Shown: positions 36,253-45,961 of the stretch, piece by piece
Layout: each line of letters begins with the position of its first letter
How positions within the stretch are numbered: position 1 is the stretch's first letter
Assembly: GCA_944383255.1 (NCBI GenBank)
Contig: CALWOY010000041.1
Coordinates: forward strand, 1-55,200
DNA length: 55,200 nt
Direction: 5' to 3'
Source: an uncultured Clostridia bacterium
Lineage (GTDB): Bacteria; Bacillota; Clostridia; Christensenellales; UBA1242
Position numbers and translations under genes: made by a program
The notes under the pieces: generated by a model
Databases searched by the model: none
The model's input: the letters and a program-made list of their open reading frames with translations, nothing else
What the model was told of the DNA's origin: nothing

Positions 36253-37503
36253 ATGGTAGACACAACACTTTTTCAAACACTTAAAAAAAGAGGTTTATTA
36301 TATCAATGCACAGATGAAGAAGCATTAAAAAAACTTCTTGAAAGCGGAAAACCAGTTACACTTTATGAAGGAACGGACCCAACGGCCGATAGTTTGCACA
36401 TAGGACACTGTGTACCATACTGCATACTCAGGCGTTTTCAAAAAGCAGGGCATAAGGTCATACTTTTAATGGGCGGTGCAACAGCACAAATAGGTGACCC
36501 AAGCGGGAAAAGTGAACTTAGAAAAGTTATGGATGGCGACACCATAAACAGAAATATTGAAAAGATAAAAAATTCACTAAAAATATTTTTAGATTTTGAC
36601 GGCGAAAACCCAGCGATAATTGTCAATAATGCCGATTGGTTTAAAGGGCTTAGTTATATAGATTTTATGCGTGAAATTGGAATACATTTCAATGTTAATA
36701 AAATGCTTTCAAGTGAAATTTATGATAAAAGAATAAAAGAAGGTGGGCTTACATTTTTTGAAATGGGCTATATGCCAATGCAAGCATATGATTTTATCGA
36801 ACTCAATAAAAAATATGGGTGCATACTACAATATGGCGGTGGTGACCAGTGGGCTAACATTGTGGCAGGTGTTGAACTTCAACGTAAACTAAATTTTGTA
36901 AATGGCACCAATATAAACCTTATTGGTGCAACTAATCCGCTGCTTTTAACACCAGACGGCAAAAAAATGGGCAAGACTGAAAAAGGTGCAATTTGGATAG
37001 ACCGTGATAAAATCTCTGCTTATGATTTTTATCAAGGGGTATACCAAACTCCAGATGCATGCACGCATATGATGTTTGCACTTTTCACTGATGTTGATAT
37101 GGATGAAGTGGATAGACTTATATCAGAAGATATAGTCAACGCAAAAAAGGTTATGGCTTACGAGATAACAAAATTTGTACGTGGTGAGGCAGATGCAATA
37201 GAGGCACAAAACGCAACAAAGGCACTTTTTGAAAATAAGGGTAATTTAGACAATGTTCCTACATTTAAAGTAGAAAAATCAGACTTTGAAAAAGGCATAG
37301 ATGTTGCAACGCTATTTACTCTTTGTGGGCTTTGCTCATCAAAGGGCGAAACAAGAAGGCTATGTACGCAGGGCGGAATAATGATTGGCGATAAAAAGAT
37401 ATTGGATGCTACCAATATAGTTACTACAAAAGACATGTCGACTGAGGGATATTTGCTACTTAAAAAGGGCAAGAAAAACTTTATGAAGATAGAAACAAAA
37501 TGA
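36253..37503 (+). CDS. tyrS: Tyrosine--tRNA ligase
   Basis: 416 aa. HIGH motif (SLHIGHCV), KMSKS-type KMGKT, and a C-terminal S4-like domain. Confidence 0.95.
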   Translation: MVDTTLFQTLKKRGLLYQCTDEEALKKLLESGKPVTLYEGTDPTADSLHIGHCVPYCILRRFQKAGHKVILLMGGATAQIGDPSGKSELRKVMDGDTINRNIEKIKNSLKIFLDFDGENPAIIVNNADWFKGLSYIDFMREIGIHFNVNKMLSSEIYDKRIKEGGLTFFEMGYMPMQAYDFIELNKKYGCILQYGGGDQWANIVAGVELQRKLNFVNGTNINLIGATNPLLLTPDGKKMGKTEKGAIWIDRDKISAYDFYQGVYQTPDACTHMMFALFTDVDMDEVDRLISEDIVNAKKVMAYEITKFVRGEADAIEAQNATKALFENKGNLDNVPTFKVEKSDFEKGIDVATLFTLCGLCSSKGETRRLCTQGGIMIGDKKILDATNIVTTKDMSTEGYLLLKKGKKNFMKIETK

Positions 37504-37847
37504 ATATTTTAGAAATTCAAAAATCGAAATTTATAGGCTATGCATATCACGTGAATGATGTAAAAAATGTTGAAGAAATTTTGTCAGCACAGAAAAAAGA
37601 CCATAAAAAAGCCACACACATATGCTATGCATATAAGATAAACTCTGGTGTGGAAATTGTAAAATTTTCTGACGATGGTGAACCACAGGGCACTGCGGGC
37701 AGACCAATATTATCCGTAATAGAAAAGAAAAAACTAAACAATGTGCTAGTTGTCGTAGTTAGATATTTTGGCGGAATAAAACTTGGCGCGGGTGGACTTG
37801 TTCGTGCATATACAAAAACAGCAAGTTTAGCACTAGGAGAGTTATGA
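37500..37847 (+). CDS. IMPACT/YigZ-family N-terminal domain protein (short form)
   Basis: 115 aa. FSDDGEPQGTAGRPIL and VVVVRYFGGIKLGAGGLVRAY match UPF0029. The C-terminal YigZ domain is absent. ATGA overlaps occur at both ends. Confidence 0.8.
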   Translation: MNILEIQKSKFIGYAYHVNDVKNVEEILSAQKKDHKKATHICYAYKINSGVEIVKFSDDGEPQGTAGRPILSVIEKKKLNNVLVVVVRYFGGIKLGAGGLVRAYTKTASLALGEL

Positions 37848-38458
37848 ACATAACAAAAATGGAACAAAAAGGTAAAAGCGAAGTCTACAAAATTTTTGTT
37901 GATGACGCTTTTTATTGTTATCTGTCTGCTGAAACAATAGTTAAAAATAAGCTAAAAACAGGACAACATGTTGAAGAAGACTACTTATTAAACTTAAAAA
38001 AACAAAGTGACAAACTTTTGTCACGGGAACTTGCTTTAAAGTATGTTGAAAAAGGTTTAAAAACAGAAAAGCAAGTACGAGATAATTTACTCAAAAAAGG
38101 TATGGATGAGGATGCAATTTTAGACGCAATAGATTTTTTAAAAAGATATAATTATGTAAATGACACTTACTACGCACAGCAGTATATTTTATCAAAAAAA
38201 AGCAATGGAAAAAATTACCTAAGACAAGCATTGCTTTTAAAAGGTATTGAAAAAGGTATCATAGATGATGTTTTGGAAAATTATGAAACAGACGAAGAAA
38301 AACTTTTTGAACTTACTTTAAAATTTATAAAAAACAAGCCAAAAGATGAAAAATTAAAACAAAAAGCATATAGACACATTTTGTCCAAGGGATATACTTT
38401 TGATGAAGCCAAAAAAGCGGTGGAAAAAGTGCTGGGAGAAAACGATGATTGGAATTGA
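37844..38458 (+). CDS. recX: Recombination regulator RecX
   Basis: 204 aa. Three-helix-repeat pattern with YVNDTYYAQQYI typical of RecX. Confidence 0.75.
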   Translation: MNITKMEQKGKSEVYKIFVDDAFYCYLSAETIVKNKLKTGQHVEEDYLLNLKKQSDKLLSRELALKYVEKGLKTEKQVRDNLLKKGMDEDAILDAIDFLKRYNYVNDTYYAQQYILSKKSNGKNYLRQALLLKGIEKGIIDDVLENYETDEEKLFELTLKFIKNKPKDEKLKQKAYRHILSKGYTFDEAKKAVEKVLGENDDWN

Positions 38459-38780
38459 TATTTTGGAAATTGAAAGAATAAAAAATATTGCAAATGATGA
38501 AAAAAAATTAAAAAAAATATTTACAGAAAACGAAATAAAATATTTTAATAATTTTGAAAATAAATATGAGCATATATGCGGTTTTTTTTGTGCTAAAGAA
38601 GCAATTAAAAAAGCACTTGATTGTCCTAAAAATTTGACATTTTTAGATATTGAAATTTTGCATACTAAAAGTGGAAAACCATATGTAAAATTAAATGAAA
38701 AAATAGATATAAAAAATCAAATAAAAATATCAATTTCGCATTCAAAAACAGTTGCCACAGCAGTTTGTTTAGTTATTTAG
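38445..38780 (+). CDS. acpS: Holo-[acyl-carrier-protein] synthase
   Basis: Start moved to MIGIDILEIERI. FCAKEAIKKAL and ISISHSKTVATAV are AcpS hallmarks. Overlaps the recX end. Confidence 0.9.
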   Translation: MIGIDILEIERIKNIANDEKKLKKIFTENEIKYFNNFENKYEHICGFFCAKEAIKKALDCPKNLTFLDIEILHTKSGKPYVKLNEKIDIKNQIKISISHSKTVATAVCLVI

Positions 38781-38865
38781 TGTTGTACTAATTAAAATAT
38801 TCTAATCTAAGAAATACACTGTATTTCTTCTTTAGAGTTGCGACAAAAGTGCCAGCGAAGCGCAC

Positions 38866-38994
38866 TTTTCGTTTGGTCGCAAATAGTGGGCAAAAACAAA
38901 AAATAAGCACTACATTTTGCAATGCTTTGCAAAATTGTGCCGTTAGGTGCAGTTTTTGCCCAAGTGTCATTCCGAGCCGTAGGCGAGGAATCTC
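38866..38994 (+). repeat. Composite 129-nt repeat, copy B
   Basis: Same orientation and architecture as 36009-36134. It ends in the REP unit TGTCATTCCGAGCCGTAGGCGAGGAATCTC. Confidence 0.8.
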
Positions 38995-39065
38995 TTTTTT
39001 CAAGAATATATTTTTTTGTTTTTCGCAACCTATGTTTAGAAGTTTAAATTATGGAGATAAATTAT

Positions 39066-39305
39066 ATGGAAATAAATTACGAAAAAATCAAAGAACTTTT
39101 ACAAAAAAATGTTGATGATTTTGAGAAGAAAAATGGCAAGGACTATTCATTTTATCTAAGTCAAAATGATGAACTTGTGCATAGTATGAAAGTGAAGGGT
39201 ATGTTGTTTTCAAAACTTGACCTTGATAGTGAATTTGAAAGCGCTGACCTTTTAGATTTTTTAGGTTATGAAAGGATAATATCGTGCAGGAGAGACCACA
39301 AATAA
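39066..39305 (+). CDS. Hypothetical acidic protein upstream of mazF; candidate non-canonical antitoxin
   Basis: 79 aa from the second ATG (39066), with GGAG at 39053-39056. The ORF-track start at 39051 lies in the first copy of a 15-bp tandem duplication. Overlaps mazF by 22 nt. No RHH or AbrB pattern recognisable. Confidence 0.5.
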   Translation: MEINYEKIKELLQKNVDDFEKKNGKDYSFYLSQNDELVHSMKVKGMLFSKLDLDSEFESADLLDFLGYERIISCRRDHK

Positions 39306-39643
39306 CAAGAGGAGATATATACTATGCAGACCTAAGCCCAGTAGTCGGAAGTGAACAGGGCGGGGAAAGGCCTGTTTTAGTCATACAAAACAATGTGGGC
39401 AATAAATATTCACCAACCATAATTGTAGCAGCAATCACAAGTCAACTATCAAAGGCGAAAATTCCTACACATATTGAACTGCCTTCTGCAAAATACAATT
39501 TACCAAAAGATAGTGTAATACTGCTTGAACAAATTCGCACAATAGATAAACGTCGACTTGGTGACAAAGTGTGCAAAATTGATATGGTAAAAATGAAAGA
39601 AGTAGACAAAGCAATTTTAATTAGTTTAGGCTTTTATGAATAA
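39284..39643 (+). CDS. mazF: MazF/PemK (EndoA/NdoA-type) endoribonuclease toxin
   Basis: 119 aa from a GTG start. [29 protein letters not shown]...[14 protein letters not shown] is very close to Bacillus EndoA. Confidence 0.92.
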   Translation: MQERPQITRGDIYYADLSPVVGSEQGGERPVLVIQNNVGNKYSPTIIVAAITSQLSKAKIPTHIELPSAKYNLPKDSVILLEQIRTIDKRRLGDKVCKIDMVKMKEVDKAILISLGFYE

Positions 39644-39707
39644 AAATTTAAATCATAAAAGTGTCACAAATGTATTTATTTTATTCAATTCTATGGTAGG
39701 ATTTCAA

Positions 39708-39746
39708 AAAAGGTTGAAGAAGTGTTTTATTTCTCTTCAACCTTTT
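39708..39746 (+). terminator. Intrinsic terminator after mazF
   Basis: AAGGTTGAAGA/TCTTCAACCTT 11-bp stem followed by TTTT. Confidence 0.6.
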
Positions 39747-39773
39747 GCATTTTAAAAGGAGACTTGATATAAT

Positions 39774-39872
39774 ATGAATATATTTAATAATGTTATTGAA
39801 AATTGGATAAGACTTAAAACAAACTACATGATTTTTCCAAATAAGAAACTTAAAATGAACACACCGATATGA
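39774..39872 (+). CDS. Possible 32-aa micro-ORF coupled to the downstream gene
   Basis: AAGGAG RBS 9 nt upstream of the ATG. MNIFNNVIENWIRLKTNYMIFPNKKLKMNTPI. The stop overlaps the next ATG (ATGA). Confidence 0.25.
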   Translation: MNIFNNVIENWIRLKTNYMIFPNKKLKMNTPI

Positions 39873-40141
39873 GATTGGCAAAAATGAAATTATTAGACGA
39901 AGTGTATGTTTTAACTGATGATTATAAAGATGAAGGTATAACAAAGGGAATGATTGGAACAATAATAGAAGCGGATATAAAATGGAATAGTTTCTATGTA
40001 TGTTTTCAAGATCAAAGAGTTTACGATAAAGAATTTATGAGTAAAGAAGAAAATATTTTTAAATTAAAAAATGATATTTGCGCAGGAATAAAAATTAAAG
40101 ATTTAAAACTATATAAAGATGGAAATTGTACTGATCCATAG
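39869..40141 (+). CDS. DUF4926-like small protein
   Basis: 90 aa. KLLDEVYVLTDDYKDEGITKGMIGTIIE...FYVCF resembles the DUF4926 pattern. The start could instead be 39884. Confidence 0.5.
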   Translation: MRLAKMKLLDEVYVLTDDYKDEGITKGMIGTIIEADIKWNSFYVCFQDQRVYDKEFMSKEENIFKLKNDICAGIKIKDLKLYKDGNCTDP

Positions 40142-40153
40142 AATAAATATACC

Positions 40154-40198
40154 ATAGAAAATTCTATAATGCAATAAATTAAATAGAAAATTCTATAA
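40154..40198 (+). promoter_or_regulatory. Twin palindromic operator-like sites overlapping a -10 box upstream of the XRE gene
   Basis: ATAGAAAATTCTATAA occurs at 40154-40169 and 40183-40198, each an ATAGAA-aa-TTCTAT palindrome. The first contains TATAAT (40165-40170). Confidence 0.55.
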
Positions 40199-40222
40199 AA
40201 TTGTTTCAACTAGAGGTTATTC

Positions 40223-40426
40223 ATGGATTTTATAGATATTCTAAAAGATATAATGATAGATTATAATTTAAATCAGACGCAATTTGCTCAAAAAATTGGT
40301 GTAAAACAAAGCCAAGTTAGCGAATGGTTAAAGGGTAAAAGTAAGCCGGGGTATGATAGCCTTAGGGCAATTTGTAAGGCACTAGATATTTCTGCAGATA
40401 GATTGCTTGGGTTAAAAGAGTATTAG
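40223..40426 (+). CDS. XRE-family helix-turn-helix transcriptional regulator
   Basis: 67 aa. LNQTQFAQKIGVKQSQVSEWLKGKSKP is a classic Cro/C1-type HTH. Confidence 0.85.
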   Translation: MDFIDILKDIMIDYNLNQTQFAQKIGVKQSQVSEWLKGKSKPGYDSLRAICKALDISADRLLGLKEY

Positions 40427-40440
40427 TCAAAAAGTTGACA

Positions 40441-40470
40441 AAAGTATCACTTTTGTGTGATACTTTTTTT
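40441..40470 (+). terminator. Intrinsic terminator after the XRE gene
   Basis: AAAGTATCAC-ttttgt-GTGATACTTT followed by a T-run that ends at the nth ATG. Confidence 0.6.
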
Positions 40471-42361
<1,891 letters not shown>

Positions 42362-42382
42362 AATTTTTTCATATAATAAACT

Positions 42383-43252
42383 ATGAGCATAAATTTTAAG
42401 AATTTAAAAATGAATGTGCCATTAGCCAACTATGCTACTATGCGGGTAGGAGGCAATGCACATTTTTTTGTCGAACCACAAAAAATTAGTGAACTAATTA
42501 AAATTGTAAAATATTGCATCAAACAAAAAATAAATTATTTTATTTTAGGCAATGGCAGTAATGTTATTTTTTCCGATAGAGGCTTTGACGGAATTGTTAT
42601 TTGTACAAAAAAATTAAATAAAATAAATGTTAAAAAAAATTTTGTAAAAGTAGAGTGTGGCACAAATTTATATATGTTAAATAAGTATTTAATAAAAAAT
42701 GCACTTTCTGGTATGGAATTTACTTATGGAATACCAGGTACAATTGGTGGTGCGGTGTGTATGAATGCTGGTGCATATGGCTCTGAGATGAAAGATATAA
42801 TTCAAAAAGTCATGTATTTTGATGGCAAAAAAATAAAAACAAAAAATGTTGCTAATTTAGATTTTTCATATAGAAATTCTTATTTCAAAAAAAATAATTT
42901 TATTGTATTAAAAGTATGGCTAAAATTAAATAAAAAAAATATTTTAGATGTTCAAAATCTATGTATGCAAAATTTCAAAAAAAGGCAGATTTCTCAGCCT
43001 TTAGAGTTTGCAAATAGCGGTAGCATTTTTAAAAAAGTTAATGGCATTAGTGCTGGTAAGATAATTGATGACATAGGACTTAAAGGGAAAAAGTGCGGTG
43101 GGGCACAAGTTTCCACTCTTCACGCTAACTTTATAATAAACAAAAATAATGCTACTTCGCAAGATGTAAAAAATCTTATTGATGAAATAAAAAAAGAAGT
43201 AAAAGAAAAAGCGGGCATTTCACTTGAAGAAGAAGTAATTATTATTCCTTAA
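42383..43252 (+). CDS. murB: UDP-N-acetylenolpyruvoylglucosamine reductase
   Basis: 289 aa. TMRVGGNAHFFVEP, GNGSNVIF, PGTIGGAVCMNAGAYG and SGSIFK are present. Confidence 0.9.
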   Translation: MSINFKNLKMNVPLANYATMRVGGNAHFFVEPQKISELIKIVKYCIKQKINYFILGNGSNVIFSDRGFDGIVICTKKLNKINVKKNFVKVECGTNLYMLNKYLIKNALSGMEFTYGIPGTIGGAVCMNAGAYGSEMKDIIQKVMYFDGKKIKTKNVANLDFSYRNSYFKKNNFIVLKVWLKLNKKNILDVQNLCMQNFKKRQISQPLEFANSGSIFKKVNGISAGKIIDDIGLKGKKCGGAQVSTLHANFIINKNNATSQDVKNLIDEIKKEVKEKAGISLEEEVIIIP

Positions 43253-43559
43253 AATAAGTAACACAAAGCGGTTTGCCGTTGAGTTTGTTTATTGTTATTC
43301 CGTTTGCTTCGCATGTTTGTTCATTTCTAAACAAGCATTTTGCTTCACAATGTATGCAACCCTTTTTAGATTCACGATGTGCATGATACTTTGGTGGTGT
43401 GGGGCCAAAAACTTCGCGTGAGGTATCTTCCAGTTCTTTTAGGTCTGGTTTTTTTTCGTAATCTGTGCAGTTGATTTTGTCGCCAATTAAAATTTTTCTT
43501 TTTGAACAAGAAAAACCTTTGTTGTATACACATGTTCGTTCTCTACAAATTATATCCAT
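43242..43559 (-). CDS. DUF1540-like Cys-rich protein
   Basis: 105 aa with two Cys-rich repeats (CRERTCVYNKGFSC..., CIHCEAKCLFRNEQTCEA). The 3' end overlaps murB convergently. Confidence 0.65.
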   Translation of the reverse strand: MDIICRERTCVYNKGFSCSKRKILIGDKINCTDYEKKPDLKELEDTSREVFGPTPPKYHAHRESKKGCIHCEAKCLFRNEQTCEANGITINKLNGKPLCVTYFKE

Positions 43560-43585
43560 ATTTTCTTCCTTTTACTTAAAAAGTA

Positions 43586-43615
43586 TTGACTAAATGCACA
43601 TAGTTAAACTAAAAT
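43586..43615 (+). promoter_or_regulatory. Putative rplI promoter
   Basis: TTGACT (43586-43591), 18 nt, TAAAAT (43610-43615). Confidence 0.45.
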
Positions 43616-43637
43616 AATTATATAAAAGGAGCAAATG

Positions 43638-44078
43638 ATGAAAGTAATTTTGCAAAATGATATTAAAGGCACAGGCAAAAAAGGCGATATTGTAAATGTT
43701 GCTGACGGTTATGCGAAAAATTTTCTTTTAAAAAATGGCTATGCTGTGCTTGCTAATAATTCTAACCTTAATGACACATTAAATCAAAAAGTTGCAAAAG
43801 ATTATCATAAAGAGCAAGAGCGTCTTGCGGCCAAAGCGCTTGCCGATAAAATTGAAGGTAAAGTTATAATGCTTAAAATAAAAAGTGGAGAAAATGGCAA
43901 GATATTTGGTTCAATTACGGCAAAAGAAATTGCTGATGAACTTGCAAAAAGTGGACTTAATGTTGATAAACGTAAAATAGAAATCAAAGAACCAATAAAA
44001 TATACAGGTGATTATAAACTTAAAGTAAGGCTTTATGAGGGCATCCATGCCAGTTTCACTTTAAAGGTTATGGCATAA
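43638..44078 (+). CDS. rplI: 50S ribosomal protein L9
   Basis: [30 protein letters not shown] is canonical L9. The second ATG was chosen for RBS spacing (AAGGAG at 43626-43631). Confidence 0.95.
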   Translation: MKVILQNDIKGTGKKGDIVNVADGYAKNFLLKNGYAVLANNSNLNDTLNQKVAKDYHKEQERLAAKALADKIEGKVIMLKIKSGENGKIFGSITAKEIADELAKSGLNVDKRKIEIKEPIKYTGDYKLKVRLYEGIHASFTLKVMA

Positions 44079-44079
44079 A

Positions 44080-44868
44080 ATGAGAGTTTGTAACCTTTCT
44101 TCTGGTAGCGACGGAAATTGTACATATGTTGAAACCGCTCAAGCCAAAATACTTGTTGACATTGGGCTTAGTGCAACTGAAGTAACCAAGCGTTTACGAG
44201 TACTAGGAGTTGAAGCAAAAGATATTGACGCAATTTTAATATCGCATGAGCATAGTGACCATATAAAAGGTCTTGATGTTTTTGCTACCAAGTATAAAAC
44301 CAAAGTTTATGTTCATTCAAAAGGTGTCGGGGCAGTATACTTAAAGATGAGAAAACTTCCTGCTAGCCAAATTTATAGTTTTGATGATATGCGTTTTGAT
44401 ATAAAAGATTTAACAGTAGATAACGTTTGTTTGCCACATGATGCGGTGCATTGCAGTGGTTTTATTTTGTCGCAAGCTTCAAGAAAAATTAGTATAATAA
44501 CAGATTTGGGACATACTAACGATGTAATTCTAAATAAAATAAGTGGCAGTGAATTGGTTTATTTGGAGAGCAATCATGATGTTGAGATGTTAAAGAAAAA
44601 CTCTAATTATCCTTTGAAACTGAAAGCAAGGATACTTGGGAAAAACGGACATCTTTCAAACCTAGATTGTGCAAAAGCAGTGGAATATTTAGTAAAAACT
44701 GGAACCAAGCAAATAATGCTTTCGCACATCTCGCGTCACAATAATACACAAAGTTTGGCTTATACATCTGTATGTAAATACCTTTCATCTGTGGGAATTG
44801 TTGAGGGACGTGACATAAAAATATCTACAACAAGCATCAATATGAGTACTATCTTTAAATTAAATTAA
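44080..44868 (+). CDS. MBL-fold metallo-hydrolase (YycJ/WalJ-like)
   Basis: 262 aa with an HEHSDH motif. Its position upstream of an HtrA-like protease matches Bacillus yycJ-yyxA. Confidence 0.85.
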   Translation: MRVCNLSSGSDGNCTYVETAQAKILVDIGLSATEVTKRLRVLGVEAKDIDAILISHEHSDHIKGLDVFATKYKTKVYVHSKGVGAVYLKMRKLPASQIYSFDDMRFDIKDLTVDNVCLPHDAVHCSGFILSQASRKISIITDLGHTNDVILNKISGSELVYLESNHDVEMLKKNSNYPLKLKARILGKNGHLSNLDCAKAVEYLVKTGTKQIMLSHISRHNNTQSLAYTSVCKYLSSVGIVEGRDIKISTTSINMSTIFKLN

Positions 44869-44894
44869 AAATAACTGCCAAAAGAGGGAGTATT

Positions 44895-45917
44895 ATGAAA
44901 AAGGCAGTTATTTTTTTGTGTTTTATTTTTATATTCACATTATCTGGATGTGTTTTTAATGCCAACATAGATACATATGACGAAAATGTTGACATGACAC
45001 CAAGGCAAATACAAATAAATGACCAAACTTCACTTACGGATGTTATTTCAAATATCAAAGGTGCGGTTGTGGGTGTTATGGCAGTAACTGGCGGAGGTTA
45101 TAGTATTGGAAGTGGAGTTGCAATAAGTGACGGCGGATATATTGTCACAAATCATCACGTTATTGAAAACGCAAACTCCATAACCGTTTACTTGGCGAAC
45201 CAAACCACAACAAGAGCAAGTCTTTTATATAGTGATAGTGCCATGGACATAGCGGTGATAAAGTCAGAAAAAAACTTGCCTTATCTTGTGTGCAGTGATG
45301 ATGTGCCTAGCGTGGGTGAAGATGTAATTGCTATTGGGACACCACTTTCACTTGATTTTAGAAATACCGTTACAAAAGGTATAGTTAGTGCATTAAATCG
45401 TACGGTGGGCATATCCAATTCTGGTGGATACACAACTTATATGCAAAACTTAATTCAGCATGATGCCAGTATAAATCCGGGGAATAGTGGTGGACCACTG
45501 CTTAGAACAAACGGAGAAGTGGTTGGAATAAACACATTAAAAGCCAGCGATGCTGAAGGTATTGGTTTTGCAATTCCTATAAGTATTGGGCAAAGTGTAG
45601 TTGAAAATTTATCAAGCGATGGTGAATATTCTCAAGGTTATCTTGGTATATTTGCAGTTGATGTTGAAATGGCAAAGTTTGAGAAGTTTGAAGTTGATGA
45701 AAAAGTGGGGGCATATGTGTATAGTGTTGATGAAAATATTTCATCGTGCATAAAAGAGGGCGATATAATTTTAGAATTTAATGGGCAAGAAATTAAAAAC
45801 TCACTTGATTTTAGACTCTCTATGTACAAAATAAAGCCAGATCAAAAGGTAACTCTAAAAGTAAATCGCGGTGGAGAAATTTTGGAACTTGAATGCAGTG
45901 CTTTAAAGAAAGTGTGA
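44895..45917 (+). CDS. HtrA/DegP-family trypsin-like serine protease with PDZ domain
   Basis: 340 aa. N-terminal anchor or lipobox (LSGC). Catalytic His (TNHHV), Asp (DIAVIK) and Ser (GNSGGPLL). C-terminal PDZ domain. Confidence 0.88.
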   Translation: MKKAVIFLCFIFIFTLSGCVFNANIDTYDENVDMTPRQIQINDQTSLTDVISNIKGAVVGVMAVTGGGYSIGSGVAISDGGYIVTNHHVIENANSITVYLANQTTTRASLLYSDSAMDIAVIKSEKNLPYLVCSDDVPSVGEDVIAIGTPLSLDFRNTVTKGIVSALNRTVGISNSGGYTTYMQNLIQHDASINPGNSGGPLLRTNGEVVGINTLKASDAEGIGFAIPISIGQSVVENLSSDGEYSQGYLGIFAVDVEMAKFEKFEVDEKVGAYVYSVDENISSCIKEGDIILEFNGQEIKNSLDFRLSMYKIKPDQKVTLKVNRGGEILELECSALKKV

Positions 45918-45940
45918 GTTTTGCTTGCACTTTTTTTTTT
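45909..45940 (+). terminator. Possible intrinsic terminator after the htrA-like gene
   Basis: AAAGTG...CACTTT stem with a 13-nt loop, followed by a T10 run. Overlaps the stop codon. Confidence 0.4.
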
Positions 45941-45961
45941 GTTTAGTATAATAAACTTGAT

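Noticed and set aside
37500-37847. yigZ as a truncated pseudogene
   Set aside because: The ORF is intact, with clean ATGA overlaps to tyrS and recX and a conserved UPF0029 core. I saw no out-of-frame remnant of the C-terminal domain. I interpret it as a natural short form.
39681-39962. 93-aa minus-strand ORF between mazF and the DUF4926-like gene
   Set aside because: It runs antisense across the mazF terminator hairpin, the RBS-led micro-ORF and the start of the DUF4926-like gene. Its sequence is low-complexity with no RBS.
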